DNA of 64,000 nucleotides from contig RSEE01000028.1 of assembly GCA_003971905.1 (NCBI GenBank), positions 248,001-312,000 on the forward strand, given 5' to 3'. The stretch's first letter is position 1, and the number at the start of each line of letters is the position of its first letter. A program made the position numbers and the translations under genes. This DNA is from Moniliella sp. 'wahieum'. Taxonomy: Eukaryota. The notes beneath the pieces are model-generated. The model was not told where the DNA came from, did not search any database, and was given only the letters and a program-made list of their open reading frames with translations. Positions 27,272 through 38,470 of the stretch are shown here, piece after piece.

Positions 27272-28703
27272 TTAGCCGATCAGGTCGCCCAACGCGTTCA
27301 TCTCGGGACCACCCGATTCGCGCAAACCCATTTCAAAGTACGAGTAGATGGTCGTCACAGCCATTAGGATGCCTGTGCCCGAGCCAAACGCGCCAATCAA
27401 GTCGGCCGCGACTGAGAGCGCACCAATCGTGGCGCCACCCCAGGCAGCGGCAGTGGGGATGATTTTCTTCAGTTCCTTGTACATGGAGCCATCGCGGTGG
27501 CCGGCCATGACCATGCCATTGTCCTTCAGCTGCTTGGCCACCTCCCGTGGGCCCGATCCCGACACGTCAATCCACGCCTTGGAAATCACCGCACACATGA
27601 CCAAAGTGAAGGCGACATTGACCAGGGTGTGGATCGGGTCCTTGGCCGCGTCGGACAGGGACGTTGGTGGAGAGAGGTAGTAGGACAAGCCGCCAACGGC
27701 ATGCAGCGGCGAGTCGTCGAGCGGCTCCCACACACCCAGCAGACGCACAAGCAAGTGCGACGGGAAGCGCGAGGAGAGCATTTGCGAAATGATAAACACA
27801 TTGCTGGTCAAGGTACTGGTGAGCATGATGGGCATGTTGGATGTATAGAAGAGCTTGACGGGGTACCGCCCCTGCTGGCCGCGGAAGCGAACCGATTTGA
27901 TCGGGATCTCAACGCGGAAGCCTTGGAGGTAAATAACGGCAAGGAAGACCACAAGGGTGGCGAGGAGGTTCATCACGTTGGGCAAACGGTCGCGGAAAAA
28001 GGCCTCCTTTAGCGCACGAGTCTTGTCGTTCCAGGTAAAGAGAAGGTGCACCAGGGCAACCAGGGCGCCCTCAAACTCGGGACCACGACCAGTGTTAACC
28101 GTGGTGGGGCTAAACGCCTTCCATACAATGCTCTCGCAAATGTTGGTAGCAATAAACAGGCTGATTCCCGATCCCAGGCCGTACCCCTTGACCAACAGCT
28201 CGTCCAACAGAATCACAATGAGTCCAGCAACGACAAGCTGGAGATGAGCAGCAGGCACACCCGGCGCCGAGCTGCGAGGGGGGGCCATACAGACCGGACA
28301 GAACGTATACCGTAGCCTGACCGAGCGAGATGAGAATGGCAAAAAGTTTCTGAGCGCCACCAAAGAGGGCACGGTCCTCCTTGAGGCTAAAGTCAACCTC
28401 AATGAGGTTGGCGCCAGCGAGCAGCTGCATGATCATGCCCGAGGTGATGATGGGACTGATTCCGAGTTCCATTAGTGTCCCGCGATTGGAAGCAAGGATG
28501 ACACGCATCCAGTAGAGTGGGTCGGAACTGTCGGAGGACATGATGCCATAGAGAGGGATCTGCGACGAGACGAGAAAGATGCCGAGCACAATGGCGGTCC
28601 ACAGCACTCGACTGTGAAAGGGCACCTTGCGTTCGGGGGCAGCAACCTCAGGAAGGACCCCCATAAAGGGACGCACCAGCGCCAAGAAGCGGAACGAGCT
28701 CAT
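27272..28703 (-). CDS. SEC61: Sec61 translocon alpha subunit
   Basis: [61 protein letters not shown]. Confidence 0.97.
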
Positions 28704-29170
28704 CCTCTCCCCACGTGCGAATCTGAGGCCAGGGTCGGGAGTATGGGGTGGTGATGGTAGGCAACCGACTTCCTTCGCAGTCATGCATCATGCCATCCTG
28801 CAAGGAGCCACACTGCGCCCCACCACGTGGCACATTTGGCGCTGTACATATTCTGCCAACCCTACTGCTGCGGTCACGTGCTGGACCCTCTCCGGTTTTG
28901 GCTGGCCATGGCCTCCCTCGGGCGAAAGTGGACGTGGCGGCGTGCACGCGTACACATCGATGGTCCACTGGGATGCATTTCGTGGGGAAGCGAGCGAGGG
29001 AGAAAACAGGGTAGGACGTCTTGGTCCGGACGAGGGAGGAGAAAGATGGCTTCCAGGAAACCAGAACAGGGCGAATCAACGAGTCTTGTGTATTGTTCAT
29101 TGCGCATTGTGCATTTGGCAAACGTTAGCCATCACCGTGCAAACAAAAAGGCCAACGAAACTGGCCAGGC

Positions 29171-30779
29171 TCACAAATGGGCAGTAGCGTCCTTCGACCA
29201 GGCCTTGGCCCGCTCCTCATCCCACACACCCTCGCGATGGAGGAGGCCATGGACATGCTCCTCCGGGTCAGTGCGGAGGAAACCGGAGGGGGAAAAAGCA
29301 GCACGGATGTGGCTGATGAGGATGTCGGGGACCTCGATAGCAGGAAAGTGGCCCCCAACCTCGGCCTGGGCGGCCCAGACCAAATTGCTTTGGGTTTCGA
29401 GCCAGCGCAGATTGGCTGCATCATCTCGCCAGGAAAACGACTGAAGGCGAGGGGTTGTTTTACATAGAGTGCCGAGTGGGACACGAGCGCTGCAGCATCG
29501 GGGTTAAGGCTGTATGGCAAGAGACTGGTGCCGATACAGCCAGTCTGCCAATAAAGCGTCATGAGGGACAAATACTTGGTCAGCCCCAATCGCGGGCGAC
29601 GCTTCTCGATCGCACCCATTGCCACCAGGCTAGGTTTGTCCGTCAACAAGGGATACGCGATGGCGCTGGTGTACGACAAAAGACTGCGGGTGAGTCAAGC
29701 AGAGCATGCATCACCGCCCCCGGCCGATACTTTTGGATGTAGTATACGCCCATCTTCTTCACGAGTGTAAGTCTGGCCAGCCACAGAGATGAGCAAGGTT
29801 GGTAAAGGAGTCCTGATCGCCTGACAGAAAAAGACAAAAACGTACTTCTCGACTTGGTTTTGGTGTGACCTTACCTGCCTTGGCCTGGAGCGGCGCTTTG
29901 CCCGAGCTCTTACCTTGATTTTTGCCTTGGCTTTGGTCTTACCCCCACCCGAAGGCCGGGGATGATGAGGCCCAGGGAAAAAGTTGAGATGGACAGCTTT
30001 AACAGCGGTGCCGGGCAGATTGGCAAGGACACGGGCATGCAAAGAGCCCCAGTCGGTGCCATGCACAGCATAGCCGGACCAAATACTGCCGCTGCCTCCT
30101 TGCCCGTAGCCAAGGCCGTACATCAGCGCATTGAGAATACGCGCATAACCAAACATGTCCCCGATGTATGTTTGCTTGAAGGCGGAGGGGTGCTCCATAC
30201 GAACCCAGGAAGGGATGGAATGACGACATGGAATGCAGGGTCAGAAGGATCGCCTGTAGGTTCAACGGTTAGTGGGAGGGGGCTAGTGGAAGTAAAGCGG
30301 CTGGCAAGAGGGGCGAGCGAGAGATACATACTTGGGTTGGTTAGCGGCTCAATCAGCTCCCAAAACTCGAAGAAAGATGAGGGCCAGCCATGCAGGAGGA
30401 GGAGCGGAATAGCATCTGGGCGGCGGGAGCGGCGATGAACAAAGTGCAGCTGGTGGCACCAGTCGATATCCGCCACATAGTGGGGGTGCTGTTCCAACGT
30501 AGTCTGGAAGGCGTCAAAGTCAAAGATGCGCCCAGTAGGCCAACTGATCCCGTAACAGCGTCGGGTCGGGCGCCTGCTGCCGAGAGGGCATGTCGGACGG
30601 CAAAATTTCCCAGGGCAGCGTCCGGTCCGCCGAAGCGAGGCGGGCAATGGCCGGGTGCAGTCGTAAGCGCAGATCGTCGACCATGCGCGGGGAGGCCACC
30701 TCCGGCTCGAACGGCTTGAGCCTCCGCACAGGGGCACAGGCTCCGAGAGTGCCTTCTCTGTTGTCCATTTGTCGACCAT
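29171..30779 (-). CDS. Microsomal-type (EHN) epoxide hydrolase; introns ~30256-30329 and ~29821-29875
   Basis: LHFVHRRS..AIPLLLLHGWPSSFFEF, FHVVIPSLPGF, nucleophile elbow HGTDWGS, catalytic His in GGHF. Confidence 0.88.
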
Positions 30780-31685
30780 GGCGGCTGGTGTGGTGGTGGC
30801 GCGGGAGGGGGGGCGACGAACGATCAACCCAGAAGGGTTCAGCCTGAACGGCAAGGCTGGCCTGATCCAAAGCGCACGGTGGCGCTTCGGCTTTGCCCCA
30901 CACTGAGGCGCCGGACGAGCCGAGGGTTACGTAAAGCCGCCGCTGCCCCTAATGCATTCGGGGGAGGGTAGGCGGCCGCGGAGCTGGGTGGGGAGACTTG
31001 TGTGGCCAGCCGAGCCCTCCGCCACCACACCGCCACCACAGCCGGGTCGGCCGGAATGCATAATTGCGCAACCGAATGCCGCGCATGGCTAGCGCCGCGA
31101 GTGGCGTGTCAACTATCAAGTTCCCACGCTCCTCTGCACCAATGGGAACGTGGAAACCATATCAAATTTCGCCTCTGATCAGTATCACCTGCAACAACTA
31201 CTAGTAAGTTTCCCTCTCAGAACCATTGCCATTAACCACAACCTGGGGAATATTGGCCACATCCATGCGGAGAGATAACTAGGCGTTTGGCCCTGGGGAC
31301 ATGCTCCTTCGCGCTCACGCTCCCGCGCTTTGCTGCGACATGCAGCTTGGGCGCCTATGGACCCGATTACGAATGGAGAGAAGGAAAAGTACAAAAAGGG
31401 CTTATTCAGGAGTGTCCCGGTAGGAAGGAGGGGAAAATGAAGGTTGCCTCACCTCTGCAGATCAGAGACCGGCACGATCTCAAAGACAGGGGGTGAGGGC
31501 GATGGGGGGTAGTCGAGGGGTAACTTGTAAACTGTGAGATGGAAGGAAAAGTCACAGAAATGAAGGTGACATGAAAGACGTAAAGGGTGAGTCGAAACGG
31601 GGGATAACGTGTAAAGGAACCATGAGGAGAGAACGAGGAACCAGACCGGGGAGATATGGAAGACCGTGACGAAAGGGGAAGAGAA

Positions 31686-33740
31686 TTAGATACTCTGGGC
31701 CCCAGGATCCTTCACCTCCTCCACTTCAAGCTCGCGGGTAAGCTTGAGACATGCGTCCACATTCGGTTCGGCGGCGGTCATGACCAGCGCGGGTGTACGA
31801 CGGACAAACTTGGCACTCGCGTCCTGAGATGCCAGCATCACCCCTGGCTCTGCTTCCGCGACGGGGTGGTCGCCCCGTACCACAGCCTGCGGTCAGGATT
31901 AACTCGGCCGATCCGTCCGAGAAACGGGGGGGAGCGCTGTCTCCTTCCTCTGCTGCTGCCAGCCTCTCGTCCAATACAGGGGCCGAAACCGCAGTCGCGT
32001 GCCGTGAGACGTGCGGGCTGAAGTGTAGCGACGCGAAGTCCATGGTCATGGCCTGATTCTTGGGCAAGAGCTGACCACTCGGCATGCATCTCCCGCGCCT
32101 CGGCTTGGAACGCGGCGATAAAGCCCGAGGGGCACCTGCTAAACTCGACCTCCCCAAATGCAGAGAAAGCAGAGGAGGTGTCCACTGTGCCGAACTTTCA
32201 TGGTATGCTGCAAGCCAGGGGTGCTGAAGAGCGTCTTGAGCCGAAATCCGCTCGAGGGATCCCAACGAAGACATTGGCGGATCAAGTCAACGGCCAAAGG
32301 GTCGGTATCGGGGAACTGTGCTTCAAGTGAGGGCTCGCCGAGGACCCCATGACAAGACGATGCGTTGGGCCGATTGCGAGGAGGAATGGGCGAGCAAGTC
32401 GGGGACGGGCTACCAATCACGTTGTAGATCCGTGATAGTTGATCGACGTAGTCCTTGCCAGGGAACAAGGGTTGACCTAGAAGGAGCTCAGCGAGGATGC
32501 ACCCTACCGACCACATATCCATCTCGGGGCCGTAGCCCTCGCGGAACAGGAGCAGAATCTCGGGCGAACGGTACCAGCGCGTGGCCACATGGCCAGACAA
32601 GGGTTCGCCGGGGTAAAAGAGGCGGGTGGGCTGGTCACTGTGTGCACGCGCAGCTTGCCTGGATGCCAACCAGGCGGAGAACAGCGGAAACGGGTTCATT
32701 GTCGGGGCAACGAGAGCATGGAGAAGAAAGGTGCTGTGCGCTAGCGGCATGTTGCAGGGCTGGACTTGCTTTGGTAGAAAGAGAGGGCGTGTCGGACCAA
32801 GCGCGAGCCAACCATAGTCGCAAATGCGTAACGCACAGTCTGAATTGACTAGCAGGTTGCTCGGCTTCAGATCCCGATGGACAATGTGGGCAGCGTGTAT
32901 GTACCGTACACCGCGCAATAGTTGGACGGCAAAATATTGGAGGTGAGCGTTGCTTAACGATTGACGGGAGCGGATGATCTGCAAAAGGTTGGCTTCCGAC
33001 GGGGCCATGACCAAGTAGATTTCACCCAACTCAACAAAGGTAGCGTCAAAATCGAGAAGGACAGTGGATTGTCGCACATGCTCAGGTGACGCAGGATGGC
33101 AACTTCACGAAGTGCATGGCGAGCGACACCACCATGTTTGAAAATGCGGCTCATTTTCTTCAGGCTAAAAAAACGAGTCAGTGCGGGGGCTCAAGCCCTT
33201 GCGCCAAGAGAGATCATTGTTACTCACGCGACCGTCACGTTGAGAACCGAATCGTGAGCCAGAGCTACACAGCCATAGGAGCCAACACCGAGCGCACGAA
33301 CGAATTTGTAGCGCTGGTGGACGTGGAAAGGGACGCCAAGGCACTCAAATGTGTGGTAACCATGCTGGCGAGTCGGTCGGGGAAAAAGTGGGGTACAATT
33401 GGCCGGGAACACTCACGGGTGTGGGCGCCGCCCGGGGTTGGACGGCAGCATCGGATACACCTCGCCTGCGGCCGACAACAGGAGCACGAACAGAAACTGG
33501 TGAACAGGATGATGGAGGTGGGATGACTGCAGGGGCAGCAGCAGTGGGGGGGGCAGGCGCTGCACTCATGGTAGGCAAGGGGGGGAGTGGGGGAGGCACG
33601 TCGAGCGCGCTGAAGGGGGCAGCAGGTGAAAGGGGCACAGGTGGGGGCGTATGAACAAGGCGATGAATACGGCGCTCACGGCGCCCACGGCGGGGCAAAA
33701 GCGGCGGAGCAGGAGTGAAGGGCGGTGGTGAGAGAGGCAT
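31686..33740 (-). CDS. Atypical MAP-kinase-like protein kinase (intron ~33162-33228)
   Basis: LGVGSYGCV, ALREVAILRHL, HRDLKPSNLLVN, ICDYG, VATRWYRSPE, DMWSVGCILAELL..PLFPGKDYVDQL, ALQHPWL. Confidence 0.88.
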
Positions 33741-36700
33741 GACAGGTGGGGGATGACGGGGGATGGCGGTGGTGGAAGTGGTATTAATGCGCACGCGAGA
33801 TAGGAAAAAGAGGGCGCTTCTAATGTTGTGGCAAGGAGGGAGATGGTCCACGCGCGCGCGTGTGCGCGCAGGCGCGTACTGCACAGTTTTTCAGCATCCC
33901 AGCAAGCGAGTGCGGTTTGTGTGGGCGCTACGTGCCATGTGAAATCTGAGATTCTAAGATCCGACCAGGCTGGCCTCTGGCCCGTGGCCCGCTCGGCTAG
34001 ACGTGGGTTTTGTAGGGCGCTGCCCTGTGTTGCGGTGTGGGGTGTCTACCCATCGACTTCTCAGCACCGAGCGGGACCATCGATCGCCATCGACCAACCA
34101 ACTGCATCACGGCCGTCGTCAACGTAGTTCAACGAGTTCAACTGGACGTTGAATTCAATGTTCAACCGAACGTTCAATATATTCTACCGCCCCCGTTCGA
34201 CGGCCGAGGAGCTGAGGTGGGGCCGTGAGATGCCTGGCGCGTTATTGGTGACGGCTCACTGAGGGGCAGCGAGTCATCGATCATCGCATCAGAGCTCAGC
34301 CTGAACATAAACAGAAGAAGCACGCGGTGGGAGTGTTACATGTTACTAGTTGCTGCTTTCGTCCTTGCCACCGGCACAAAACGTCGTTCATATCACCGGC
34401 CAACTCGCACCTACCCGCTGTTATACTACTCCTGTCGGCGCCAGCTCAGCACTCGGTCCCAAGTTTTCCCTCCATTTTGCCAAAGCTTGAAGATAAGAAT
34501 CGTATTGACTCTCCATTTGCCCTTGCCTGTCGTCTCCCAGGCACCGAGGCAACGCTGAGGAGCTGAGGTTCATGTACATACAGGCTCAGCGCTCAGTGTG
34601 AGCCTCAGCCGCACTCAGCAGCCGCGGAACCGAACCCCACAAATGGGGGGACTCGAAGCTTGGAAAGCTTAAGCTATTGTAAGGGCTTGAAGATATAGCA
34701 CTCTTATCATTTGTAAAAGCTTCAACCTTCAAGATAAAAGGACAAAGGGAACGCCGTGTGCCACCGCTGCAGCACTTATATCAGAAGAGGCTCTTCGCTC
34801 ACGCAGCGTGTGCAGCTAATCCGTGCCCACATCAAGCAGGAGGCCAAAACCAGTCGAGGAGAGTCATCGCCAGCAGATGAGGCTATCGCTGCCCTCTCAG
34901 TGACTCCCCCCATTCTCCGCTCCCAAAAAGAGGCCGAATGTATAGCGCGAGTGGATGCGAATGAGCGTGGTAGACATGTGTACAAAGCGATAAAAACAAT
35001 CGATAAACGATCTCCAATGATATAGATTCTTCCCGTCGATCACAGTATGCGATTCTGCAGAGGAGGTAGAGGAGGGTGTCTATGGTTTGGACAGCACTGC
35101 ATCGCCCTCCGTCTCTGCAGGAGGACGAGAACACTCCATGGCGGCGACCGGGATCCGGCCGGTTTGAACACAAGCCAACAGGAAGGTTCACATCAGCGTT
35201 GCCTGAACGAGAGATCCATGGCTGGATGCACCAGCTACCAGCATTAATAACAAGTTTGATTTGGACATTTCTACCTGGACAACACTGTCGATCAAACGAG
35301 CTTAACTTTCTGCGTATCTTCGTTCATCGTCTTGGCAGCGCAGATATGACGTTGTTTCTGTACACAGGTGTGACTCCACTCTACTTTGCATTTTGGAAGC
35401 ATAGATAAGTAGAGATCAACAGAAAAGTGTTAAAACGACCTTGTTTGTCCTAGCTTCTCCCTCATAATAGACTTGTCGGCACTGCCACCTCCTCTTTCTT
35501 TGGACAGCTGACACAGTAACTAAATGTTCAGTGTGGATTCGGTCGATGCGACGATGCGTTTCTTGAATGAGGAGTACTTCAAACGAATTGTAACCATCTG
35601 AATTCCCGAATCTCAAGCGAATGAGCGGAGAATTTTGAATTGGCGCATGCACAACCCAGTTGCACAGAAAACAAAAACGGCACGTCGTGCCATCTCCTTA
35701 TCATCTGGATCCAGGCCAGCATCTCGGAGATCGCAGTCGACGAAAGTGAGAGCGGAAGTCTGGGTTGGCCTGGACCGACGACACATAGTTCGCTACTGCC
35801 GCTGCCGTCAACGTCCTCAACAGCTGTTGCAAGTGGCGTAGAGTCGGATATGGGAGTGAAGCGGTGGCTAAAGAGTTTGGGCTGGCTCGCGCTACCAAAT
35901 GGGAGGCGTTCGCTCAGCTTGACCTGGATGGTTTCACAGCAAAAAGATTATGGTTGCGATCAGCTCAACCAGCCCGCCAAGCGACACTGTCCCTTGGCTG
36001 CAGCAGCATGAAAACGTCACCGTCATGATTCTGATCGCAAAACGCGTGTCCAATGACTTTACTCGCATCTCCGCCGTAGTTGCGAGCCACTGTGCGTCAT
36101 CTTGTGGATGAAAGGCACAAGACGTCGCTGGAGAAGTAATAGAGCACTCGTTCCTCCATGAATATACGCGGTGCCGGCAGTGCACCTCAAATTGTCGGAG
36201 CAGATGTGGAGAAGAAGGCATTCAAGACCAGCATTCGCCCGCTCTGCGTCCAGCTCTATCGTGAAAGGAGAAGTATGTGTTTGTTCGACAGAATCCGATC
36301 CACTGTCTGAATAAAGAAGGCGCTTGGTTCCTCAATGTTCTATGCTCTGAATTCCAGCCGGGTGAGGGTTCGTCAGTGGTCATGTGGTGCTTTTACCGCC
36401 TGCCACCCAACAAACGAGTTCCTTCTCTACTGCGAGTCGCACAGGAGGGCACACCAGTCCCTGTGAGGATGTAAATATGCTGCCCGAGCGAATCGACTTT
36501 TTGGCCCAAGTGACCGGCATCAGTTTCTCCAAAGTATGGCTGAGCAAATCCGTTCATCACTTCGGCCCAAGCCCTATATATACAGTAATGCAGAGTGACA
36601 ATCAATAAGAGAGAGAGGGCCGCTCCCCAAAAGCAATCAGCCCCCGAAGCGAGAGCCAACCTAACCTTGGGCCTGACGAAGACGCCTGATATGCTGATGG

Positions 36701-37821
36701 TATATAGCCGAAAAGGTGCGCGTTCTGAACCACAATCCCAATTGTCTTCTTATTGCTAGAGTCGATGGCCTGTCAATAATGCGCGAGAGGGTGAAGTGAT
36801 CCAGACGCGCCATAGGCGGATGACTACATCCAAGTCCTCACCGAGGCAACAACAATTCGAGTGCAATTGCTGAGGATTACGTGCGATGATATACAAACTC
36901 CCTTAGTTCACCAAATGACTTTAATGACTGGGCACCTCTGTGGCTCCAGATTGATCTTGGTTGCCATTCCACCCTACGCCCGAATGCTGTGGTTATACCA
37001 TTCGAGCGGTTTCCGATGGCTTCCAGGCTATATAACTGGCATCGCCTCAACTTTTCTGGACGTTAATTTCCCCCGTCGGCACCCCACCTTACCCACCCCC
37101 ATCCACTCCTCCATTATAGGCTTTGGTATTCTGATGATATTTTCCTAAGGCATGGCAACTCGATGTCCCTCTCTCTCATTTCCTTCGCCTCCCCGCGGTT
37201 CATGAAATGTTTTGGTCACAAGATACTGAGCCGCTTTGTGCATAACGGAATAACCGACACTCACCCTCTCGAGTGGCGTGAGATGCACGCAGCTCTTTCT
37301 AGTATAGTAGCTGTCTCTTGCGCCGTAGAGAATGAACAAAGAGAAAAGATGATTGAAAGGCATCGACGGCGGAGAGAGGATTTTCGAGGGGTGAGCTTCA
37401 GGGCGCTGGTTGAGAGATGATCGATGATCGCCATCGATGCCCAAAAATCGATAAGCGATCGCGATAAAGCGATCGTAAACAACAATCGTTCCTGATGCAG
37501 ATTATGCATGAATGCATGAAACGTTGAACACGTTGAACGTTGAACGTAGAACGTCGATCGTAAATTCTCGATTACCGATCTATTCAGACATAAACGTTAG
37601 ACGTTAAACGGGTAATGCTTAAAGCCTTTAAGATGCTGTTAAAACGATAAAAGAACGTTATGCGTTAACGCGTTAAGCTCGTTAAGGCCGGCCTTTTAGG
37701 CCTACCTAGCTTTGGCTTTTGAGTCGTAGAATGGTATTACGTTGCCGGTGGCGATTCCCAGTTTCAGGTTACCCATTAGATCGATTGTCGATTATCGATT
37801 CGATTATCGATTATCGAGATA

Positions 37822-37995
37822 CGAGGAGGACCACCGGGCCTACGGCCCGGTCGGCTGGGGCTTCGCTCCAGCATGGTGCTGCGTCGCCACCTTAGCCACC
37901 GTTCCCTTTCGCCACCTTAGCCACCGTTCCACCACCGTCGCTACCGTTCCACGCTGGAACCCTTCCACGCTGGAGAGGGCAAATAATATCACCGA
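37822..37995 (-). mobile_element. Non-autonomous mini-Helitron, copy 1
   Basis: Minus strand reads A|TCGGTGATA...two GC hairpins...CTCG|T, with an internal ~9-bp GCCACCNTW-like minisatellite. Homologous to 38075-38221. Confidence 0.6.
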
Positions 37996-38074
37996 TACTC
38001 TGGCTGCGGGTGGCGGGAAGTGTCACGGGGCAGCTGAGGTAAAAAGTGCAGGGCAACCAACCGATTTTATGATA

Positions 38075-38221
38075 CTAGAAGACCACCGGGCCTACGGCCC
38101 GGTCAGCTGGGCTTCGCCCCAGCTTGGTCCTTGGTGCACCGTCGCCACCGTAGCCACCGTTCCCCCGTCGCCACCTTAGCCACCTTTCCACTGTTCCACG
38201 CTGGAGGAATTTTATCACCCA
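38075..38221 (-). mobile_element. Non-autonomous mini-Helitron, copy 2
   Basis: Minus strand: hairpin ACCGGGCC-GTA-GGCCCGGT, then GGTCTT-CTAG|T, the canonical Helitron 3' end. The 5' end is A|TG (degenerate). Confidence 0.65.
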
Positions 38222-38324
38222 TGTGCATGGCTGAGCACGCGGGGGGGGTGCGCATTCCGCCCGCGCAAACAAATAGGTAAGCATGACGTAAGAAAAAAGG
38301 GGGTCTGCGATATAAAAAGGGAGA

Positions 38325-38470
38325 GAGCCGGAGGGTCCTGATATCCTGGCGATCCCCCTGGTTCCTTGACCTTAGTGGCGCTTCCAAGTAACCCCCGCAA
38401 GATGAACGGTTCGGTTTAGACGTAGCGTTCCCCCTGTCCCAGCCTTAAGCTCTGTCAATGATATGAATTC
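38325..38470 (+). mobile_element. Very short 5'-truncated retrocopy of the element at 12122-12890, flanked by a 10-bp TSD
   Basis: 38323-38461 matches the reverse complement of 12122-12260 (7 mismatches in 139 by my alignment). AAAAGGGAGA occurs at 38315-38324 and 38471-38480. Confidence 0.85.

Noticed and set aside
12122..38461. 139-bp inverted repeats read as TIRs of a 26-kb element
   Set aside because: The interval holds core genes, and the second copy has its own TSD and matches the retroelement 3' end.
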